From NCBI GenBank assembly GCA_964016885.1, contig OZ024750.1:54436001-54500000 (forward strand): 64,000 bases of DNA, in the 5' to 3' direction. Below, piece by piece: positions 55,096-64,000 of this stretch. Origin of the DNA: Eledone cirrhosa (Eukaryota). Position numbers and translations under genes: made by a program. Positions within the stretch are counted from its first letter, which is position 1. The number at the start of each line of letters is the position of its first letter. The notes beneath the pieces are model-generated. The model saw nothing but the letters and a program-made list of their open reading frames with translations, searched no databases and was not told the DNA's origin.

Positions 55096-57100
55096 CTACA
55101 TTTTAAATTTAAATTTATATTTAAACGTTGAGTTTAATCTATGTTTGCAACAACTGAATAAATTTGTCCGTAGATTAAGGGAATTTTTAGATTTTAGTAT
55201 AAAGAATATCTCCTCTGCGCAGAGGTCACATGTCTCAGAGGATGAATTAAAAGGAATCCCTCTTGAGACTATATTCCAAGCCGTCGAATATCTAACGTTA
55301 TCTAGCTTAAGTTGCCAGAGTACGCCTGATAGTGCCGTTGAAGATTTTTTGCTTGGATCTGTGAAAGAATTCTTGTGGTTATTATAGCGAAGTTTAAATT
55401 CCGTCGATGTGGAACCGACGTAGTTAAAAGAATTAGAGTCAGTATTAACATTACAATTGTATACTATATTTTTAACTAAGCAGTTGTTATTTAACGGACA
55501 TTTAGATCTATCTCTACAGTTACATTTGTTAACTTGTATATTATTTATGCTATTATCACTAGGTTTTAAGTTCCTATTATTTATTCTATTAATATTTTGT
55601 GCTAAATTTTTGGTGGATGAGTAGGTTAATTTAATTGTATGTCTATTGAAAATTGAGTGATACCTATGTGTTCTAGGGAAGCGATTATCAAGAGCTTTAA
55701 AAAATAGTTTAGCGATGTGGGTTTTAATGTTTAGTGAGAAGGGGGGGGGGGGGGGCAAACCAAATTATGTTCCTAGTTCTATTTCTTTTTTGGCCTTTGG
55801 AATTATTGTAATGCTTTCTATTATAGTTGTTAAGGTTGTTGCCGTAATTAAAAAAGTTGTTACTTTGTTTAGTTTGTCTATCATTATCTATGTACACAAT
55901 CTTATCAGCATATCCTGCTCTAGCTAATGCTTCATTGTAGTATTGGGCTTTTTCGTCGAAAATCTTTCTATTCGACGAGATTCTAGAGATACGTTTTTGA
56001 ACAGAGTTTACTATAGTGTTTTTGACAGATCTGGGGTGGTTAGAGTTAAAGTTGACATAGTTTAAGTTTTCATTCAACTTGTGAAAAGGATAGTGAAGAC
56101 ATGTGTTGACATTTAATGTTATATCTAGGAAATTGACTATTCTATGGTTGTTCTCAATTTCTATTTTAAGATTAAAGTAATTAAAAAATTGTGTAATTTG
56201 TTTACATTTTCTATTTAGTTCAGAGTTATTATTATCAATAAGTAAAAGCATGTCATCTCTATATAAACCTCCGGTAGTACCAGGTATTTTCCTATGTAGC
56301 GAATTGATTAAAAATGAGCCCACAAGGTCAGTTACCTGAGCTGAGTCGGATGATCCCATAGTAATGTCAAAATTGCTATCTCTATCTGCTCTGGTCCATA
56401 GTTGGTCATTAAATTCTATCAAAGTTTTCCTAGCCGATAATATAATATGCATTTCATTGCTAGTTAGGTCAGTATGTTTGAATGCGTAATTTAGTGCCTT
56501 ATTTAGTAGATTAGGGGTAATAGAAGAATAATAGTTAGCTATATCAAGTTGAATAAACTTATTATTATTGTTATATTTAATTTGCTTAAACCACTCAACA
56601 ACCTCTCCAGTTCCCTTCCACAAGCTCAGGTTAGATAAACAATCCAAGTTCTTAATTTGCTGTATCACCCTGTCAAGAATGTTTTTGCTTAATTTGCCCA
56701 GGTCCGATTTTGATGGTGCGATCAATCTAACTGGCAGGTCATTTTCAAAATTCCTCCTGTGATCTTTCATATTGATCTTCGGTTTCCTGGGCACGAAAGG
56801 TTGTGTTCTGTTCTCAATTTCCAACTCGTGTATTATACAAGATGCTTCGACATTCATTTTCTCAAGCTCGGCCTTATCTGCTACCTTGTACTTTTTCCTC
56901 AGCTCTTTCAGTATGAGGCCATTATACATGTCTTTCTGCACTCCATAGAGGTTGTTGGTCTTGTCAGATTTCACCAAGATCTCAGTTTTCTCTAAGCTCT
57001 CAATGTTATCCTTAATGCCTTTCAGATATTCCTGGCCTTTGAAGTTTCTCTTGAATTTGACCCCTTGTATGATAGAAATTATATCGTTTTCAAAGGCCAG
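55096..57100 (-). CDS. Penelope-like RT + GIY-YIG endonuclease, one frameshift in a G/C homopolymer (~55741-55755)
   Basis: KSDKT, K.H, RLI, DIANYYSSI, MGSSDS, LYRDD, FLDIT, SNHP; then IFNRHT.K..YS, CNCR.....CPL...C, IVY..YVG...FKLRYNNH, CDLC.EE, LN.R. Confidence 0.93.
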
Positions 57101-57191
57101 GAATATCTGAAAGGCATTAAGGATAACATTGAGAGCTTAGAGAAAACTGAGAAGATCTTGGTGAAATCTGACAAGACCAACAACCTCTATG

Positions 57192-59202
57192 GAGAGGGGG
57201 GGGGGGTAGGAACTGAGGGTCGCATGGTAAATAACTGAGAGAGATAGAATAGGATTAGAATACCGCATGGTAAATATCCAAGTTAATAAGTTAATACTAC
57301 ATCAGTAAAATTAACAATAATAACGTCATGAAAAAACTACTAAGAGAAACCCTCGAAAATTTATCGCTAATACAGCAGGGAAAATTTAACGCTAATACAG
57401 CAGGGAACATCATAATATTAACGACAATATGTAGGCTAAAATACCTTCGTAGATTAGATGGATGGCTGGAAAAATTGGAATCAGCTCTAGTGATACATTT
57501 TAGCAGAGAAGAATGGGAAAGTGTCTTATCTCTTCAATATTTTCAGATTGAATGAATTAGGTTAAAGACAGGGTAGTAAGCCTTAAAGAAGTGCATAGAG
57601 AGGGGGGGGGTAGGAACTGAGGGTCGCATGGTAAATAACTGAGAGAGATACAATAGGATTAGAATACCGCATGGTAAATATCCAAGTTAATAAGTTAATA
57701 CTACATCAGTAAAATTAACAATAATAACGTCATGAAAAAACTACTAAGAGAAACCCTCGAAAATTTATCGCTAATACAGCAGGGAAAATTTAACGCTAAT
57801 ACAGCAGGGAACATCATAATATTAACGACAATATGTAGGCTAAAATACCTTCGTAGATTAGATGGATGGCTGGAAAAATTGGAATCAGCTCTAGTGATAC
57901 ATTTTAGCAGAGAAGAATGGGAAAGTGTCTTATCTCTTCAATATTTTCAGATTGAATGAATTAGGTTAAAGACAGGGTAGTAAGCCTTAAAGAAGTGCAT
58001 AGAGAGGGGGGGGTAGGAACTGAGGGTCGCATGGTAAATAACTGAGAGAGATAGAATAGGATTAGAATACCGCATGGTAAATATCCAAGTTAATAAGTTA
58101 ATACTACATCAGTAAAATTAACAATAATAACGTCATGAAAAAACTACTAAGAGAAACCCTCGAAAATTTATCGCTAATACAGCAGGGAAAATTTAACGCT
58201 AATACAGCAGGGAACATCATAATATTAACGACAATATGTAGGCTAAAATACCTTCGTAGATTAGATGGCTGGAAAAATTGGAATCAGCTCTAGTGATACA
58301 TTTTAGCAGAGAAGAATGGGAAAGTGTCTTATCTCTTCAATATTTTCAGATTGAATGAATTAGGTTAAAGACAGGGTAGTAAGCCTTAAAGAAGTGCATA
58401 GAGAGGGGGGGGGGTAGGAACTGAGGGTCGCATGGTAAATAACTGAGAGAGATACAATAGGATTAGAATACCGCATGGTAAATATCCAAGTTAATACTAC
58501 ATCAGTAAAATTAACAATAATAACGTCATGAAAAAACTACTAAGAGAAACCCTCGAAAATTTATCGCTAATACAGCAGGGAAAATTTAACGCTAATACAG
58601 CAGGGAACATCATAATATTAACGACAATATGTAGGCTAAAATACCTTCGTAGATTAGATGGATGGCTGGAAAAATTGGAATCAGCTCTAGTGATACATTT
58701 TAGCAGAGAAGAATGGGAAAGTGTCTTATCTCTTCAATATTTTCAGATTGAATGAATTAGGTTAAAGACAGGGTAGTAAGCCTTAAAGAAGTGCATAGAG
58801 AGGGGGGGGGGGTAGGAACTGAGGGTCGCATGGTAAATAACTGAGAGAGATACAATAGGATTAGAATACCGCATGGTAAATATCCAAGTTAATAAGTTAA
58901 TACTACATCAGTAAAATTAACAATAATAACGTCATGAAAAAACTACTAAGAGAAACCCTTGAAAATTTATCGCTAATACAGCAGGGAAAATTTAACGCTA
59001 ATACAGCAGGGAACATCATAATATTAACGACAATATGTAGGCTAAAATACCTTCGTAGATTAGATGGATGGCTGGAAAAATTGGAATCAGCTCTAGTGAT
59101 ACATTTTAGCAGAGAAGAATGGGAAAGTGTCTTATCTCTTCAATATTTTCAGATTGAATGAATTAGGTTAAAGACAGGGTAGTAAGCCTTAAAGAAGTGC
59201 AT
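57192..59202. repeat. Five head-to-tail ~400-bp tandem units
   Basis: 'gtcatgaaaaaactac' ATGs at 57328, 57732, ~58135, 58528 and 58934; nearly identical units. Confidence 0.97.
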
Positions 59203-59203
59203 A

Positions 59204-59237
<34 letters not shown>

Positions 59238-59291
59238 TATATATGAATATATATATATATATATGAATATATATATATATATATATATATA

Positions 59292-59325
<34 letters not shown>

Positions 59326-59379
59326 TATATATATATATATATATATATATGAATATATATATATATATATATATATGAA

Positions 59380-59555
<176 letters not shown>

Positions 59556-59576
59556 TATATATATATATATATATGA

Positions 59577-59608
<32 letters not shown>

Positions 59609-59633
59609 GAATATATATATATATATATATATA

Positions 59634-59675
<42 letters not shown>

Positions 59676-59741
59676 TATATATATATATATATTAGAGAAT
59701 AAATATATATATATATATTAGAGAATATATATATATATATA

Positions 59742-60962
59742 TTAGAGAATAAATTCCAAACCTGGAAGCAGGGACTAGAGAGAAAGGGCCTCAAAGTCAA
59801 CATGACAAAGACTAAGGTCCTTATAAGTAGACGAGAAAACAGAACCCAGATCCCCTCAGGGAAATGGCCTTGCTCAGTATGTAGGAAAGGTGTAGGTAGG
59901 AACTCCATTCTTTGCCCCAAATGCAAACAATGGGTACACAAGAGATGTAGCGGGATCTCAGGAAGCTTAATTAAGAATGTAGGATTCACATGCAGCAGCT
60001 GTGCTGAAACAGCAAGCAAACAGCCACAGGAAACAAGTACCACCAATCTCTGGGAGGGCCCTGTAGAAACAGTAGACAGCTTCTGCTACCTAGGTGACCG
60101 AATTAGCAACGGAGGTGGGTGCTCAGAAAGTACAATAACTAGGGTAAGAACGGGATGGAAGAAGTTTAGGGAACTACTACCACTGCTAGCTGCAAAAGGC
60201 TTCTCCCTCAGAATGAAAGGCAGACTGTATGATGCGTGTATCCGAACAGCGATGTTGCATGGTAGTGAGACCTGGGCGCTGAAGGTGGAAGACTTACGTA
60301 GATTAGAGAGAAACGAAGCCTGCATGCTCCGATGGATGTGTAACAGTAATATACGTGAACGACAAAGCATAAATGAATTGAGAGAGAGACTGAGCATAAG
60401 AGGAATCAAATGCTGCGTGCAGGAGAGGCGGTTACGCTGGTATGGACATGTGATGCGTATGAAGGATGACAGCTGCATAAAAAGGTGCAGAGCACTAGAA
60501 GTTGATGGAAACCGCGGAGTGGGGAGACCCAAGGACTTGGGATGAGGTGATAAAAGCCGACCTTACCCAACTACACCTCTCAAAGTCAATGACACACGAC
60601 CGTGACTTCTGGCGTCACGCAGTAATACAGGGTACCCGACCTCCCATGGGTACATGCTGAAGCATATAAACAATATCCCCCCCCCCCCCCCACCGCAAGG
60701 TGGTCGTGGAGGTGCCACGGCAAAAAAGCACCCAGCCCACACTGTAAAGTGGACGTGTAGGCGCCACGAAAAAGCACCCAGCACTCACTGTAAATGAGGT
60801 TGGTGTTAGGAAGGGCATCCAGCTGTAGAAATCAAGCCAGATCAGTTCCTGTATGAGCAAGGCATGGTCAGCCGACCAGACACTGCCCACAACAGGACAA
60901 CCCGTCTAACCCATGCTAGCGTGGAAGAACGGACGTAAAACGGTGATGATGATGATGATGAT
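59742..60962 (+). mobile_element. RTE LINE subfamily A, 5'-truncated
   Basis: Near-identical to 32253-33473; 2-bp deletion near 60533; (GAT)n tail. Confidence 0.95.
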
Positions 60963-60981
60963 ATATATATATATATATATA

Positions 60982-61017
<36 letters not shown>

Positions 61018-61142
61018 TATATATATATATATATATATATGAATATATATATATATATATATATATGAATATATATATATATATATATATATGAATATAT
61101 ATATATATATATATATATGAATATATATATATATATATATAT

Positions 61143-63441
61143 AAGCATGTTCTACAACGCGATGACCAAAAACGTGAGGTGTTCAGGATTGCTAGGCAAT
61201 GCGTCAAGGAAAACCGTGATATTGTCGGGGAGAAGTGTGTACTAAACGACGATGGCACACTTGCCATCACCGACGCTGATAAGAAGGTAGCTTGGAAGTG
61301 TCACTATGAAAGGCTACTAAATGAGGAGAATAATTGGAGAAAGGCAGTCTCCCCCATATCGACCCAATAGAGGGACCAGCAGTGTTAGTCGAGGGGAGTA
61401 TAATAAGTAAGGCAATCAAGGATATGAAGACTGGTAAGGCGGCTGGGCTTCGGAAATAGTTGCTGAGATGCTGAAGGCATCTGGCACGGTGGGACACACC
61501 ATGGTCACCCGCATAGTTAACCAAGTCGTACAGAATGGGGTTGTTCCGAAGGACTGGCATAGCAGCATCATCGTTAACTGTTATAAGGGTAAAGGAGACG
61601 CCCTAGATAGGAGTAACTATAGAGGCATTAAATTAATCGACCAGGTCATGAAGGTCACGGAAAAAGTAATAGCGCAACTAATCAGAGAGAGAATTGACCT
61701 AGATGAAATGCAGTTCGGGTTTTGTGTCAGGCAAAAGTACCACAGACGCTCTTTTCATAGTACGACAACTACAGGAGAAGTACCTAGCTAAAGGTAAACC
61801 CCTCTACTTAGCTTTTGTCGACTTGGAGAAAGCCTTCGACAGAGTCCCCCGCTCCATTATCTGGTGGGCTCTTAGAAAACTAGGCGTTGACGAATGGCTT
61901 GTGAGGGCTATACAAGCATGTATAAAGAAACAGTCAGCAAGGTTAGAATTAACAACGAATATAGTGAAGAGTTTAGCGTAAAAGTTGGCGTCCATCAGGG
62001 CTCTGTTCTCAGTCCACTACTATTTATTATTGCCCTTCAGGCTATAACAGAGGAGTTCAAGACAGGCTGCCCATGGGAACTCCTATACGCAGACGACCTG
62101 ACACTCATAGCGGAATCAATGGCCGAGCTAGAGAAGAAATTCCAAACATGGAAGCACGGCCTAGAGTCAAAAGGACTTAAAATTAACCTGGCTAAGACCA
62201 AAGTACTAGTTTGTAGGAAAGAAAACAAGGCGGCGGTCCCTTCTGGGAAATGGTCGTGCTCGGTGTGTAGGAAAGGCGTAGGTAGAAACTCCATTTTATG
62301 TCCTAAATGCAAAGTATGGGTGCATAAAAGATGTAGTGGGATCACAGGTAAGCTAACTAAGAACATAGATTTTACATGTGGCCGGTGCTCTGGTGCAATA
62401 AGTAACAGCAAGTGCCCACAAACTACTAGCTCTTTCAATTGCGCAGAGGGTTCTATAGAAATAGTGGACAGCTTCCGTTACCTGGGCGATAAAATCAGCA
62501 GTGGGGGAGGGTGCTCTGAAAGTACTGTAGCTAGAGTCAGAACTGGTTGGAAAAAGTTCAGAGAGCTTATACCACTATTAGCTGCTAAAGGGTTCTCACT
62601 AAAAATGAAAGGCAGGTTGTACGATGCCTGCATACGAACAGCAATGCTGCATGGCAGTGAGACCTGGGCATTGTGTGCAGAGGATATACGCAGACTAGAG
62701 AGGAACGAAGCTTGCATGCTCCGCTGGATGTGTAATAGTAATATACGTGAACGGCAAAGCATAAACGAACTAAGGAAAAAATTAGAGATAAGAGGGATCA
62801 GATGTTGTTTACTCGAGAGAAGGCTACGTTGGTATGGACACGTGATGCGCATGAAAGTCGATAGCTGTATAACAAAGTGCAGGGCAATAAAGATAGACGG
62901 TAGTCACGGAATAGGCAGACCTAGAAAAACCTGGGACGAGCTGATAAACTCCGACATCACACACTTACACCTCTCCAAGACAATGTCACTGGACCGAGAC
63001 CTTTGGCGGTACTCAGTAACAGAGAAGACCCGCCTTACCTAAATATATAGTAAAACCTACTCCAGCCAGTAGGCATCTCTAACAAAATACACCCCGTCCC
63101 ACCACCACCACCCCCACCCGATCCACACCACCCCGTTCTATGTAAAGTTATGTTGGTGCCGCGCCATCGAGGCCGAAACAAATGAGATCGTGTAGGTGTC
63201 ACGACAAAAAAACACACAGTCCACGCTGTAATGTGGCCGTGTAGGCAACACGGTAAAAACCTCCCAGACCCACACTGTAAATGTGGTTGGTGTTAGGAAG
63301 GGCATCCAACTGTAGAAAACCTGCCAGACAGTCCTATGCGAGCAAGACAATCACTCTTGCCTCAAGTGGGACTACCCCCGTCCAAACCCATGCAAGCGTG
63401 GAACACGGACGTTAAACGTTGATGATGATGATGATGATGAT
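61143..63441 (+). mobile_element. RTE LINE subfamily B, 5'-truncated, several frameshifts in RT ORF (ends 63042)
   Basis: ORF pieces 61179-61370, 61468-61791, 61703-61981 and 61894-63042 assemble into the RTE RT with LLYADD; (GAT)n tail. Confidence 0.95.

Positions 63442-64000
<559 letters not shown>

Larger units (their letters stand above)
53533..57194 (-). mobile_element. Penelope-like element (Naiad-like), 5'-truncated with short 5' inversion and 3' hammerhead
   Basis: RT + GIY-YIG ORF; 57089-57194 inverts 56941-57043; hammerhead at 53662-53727 on the same strand. Continuity of the 1.5-kb 3' UTR is inferred. Confidence 0.85.

Noticed and set aside
57328-59161. Repeated 75-aa ORF MKKLLRETLENL...
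   Set aside because: No recognisable motif, and the third unit has a 4-bp frameshifting deletion; treated as a chance ORF in the tandem unit
57192-59202. CRISPR array or hammerhead in the 400-bp repeat
   Set aside because: No unique spacers, eukaryotic context; no CUGANGA...GAAA arrangement found on either strand

Overview
AT-rich eukaryotic (animal) genomic DNA. The SINE/RTE/Penelope/(TA)n content is suggestive of an octopus-like cephalopod, which is inference only. No host protein-coding gene is supported. Roughly a third of the window is (TA)n microsatellite punctuated by TGAA, which accounts for most ORFs in the track (the YIYI-type ones), and there is one 200-N gap. The real coding signals are all transposon-derived: RTE-type LINEs (three subfamilies, RT with an inserted C4HC3 finger, (GAT)n tails), a near-intact Penelope-like element (RT + GIY-YIG, Naiad-like) plus a second fragment, a Helitron helicase remnant, and RLE-LINE scraps. 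There are also many tRNA-derived SINEs and MITEs. The main unannotated layer is about 13 minimal type-I hammerhead ribozyme motifs in about 7 unrelated sequence families. Most lie in non-coding elements that are tandemly repeated (~470-bp units, retrozyme-like) and/or carry a head-to-head 5' inversion, and are embedded in the TA arrays. A five-unit ~400-bp concatemer with no recognisable ribozyme is fused to the Penelope 5' inversion.
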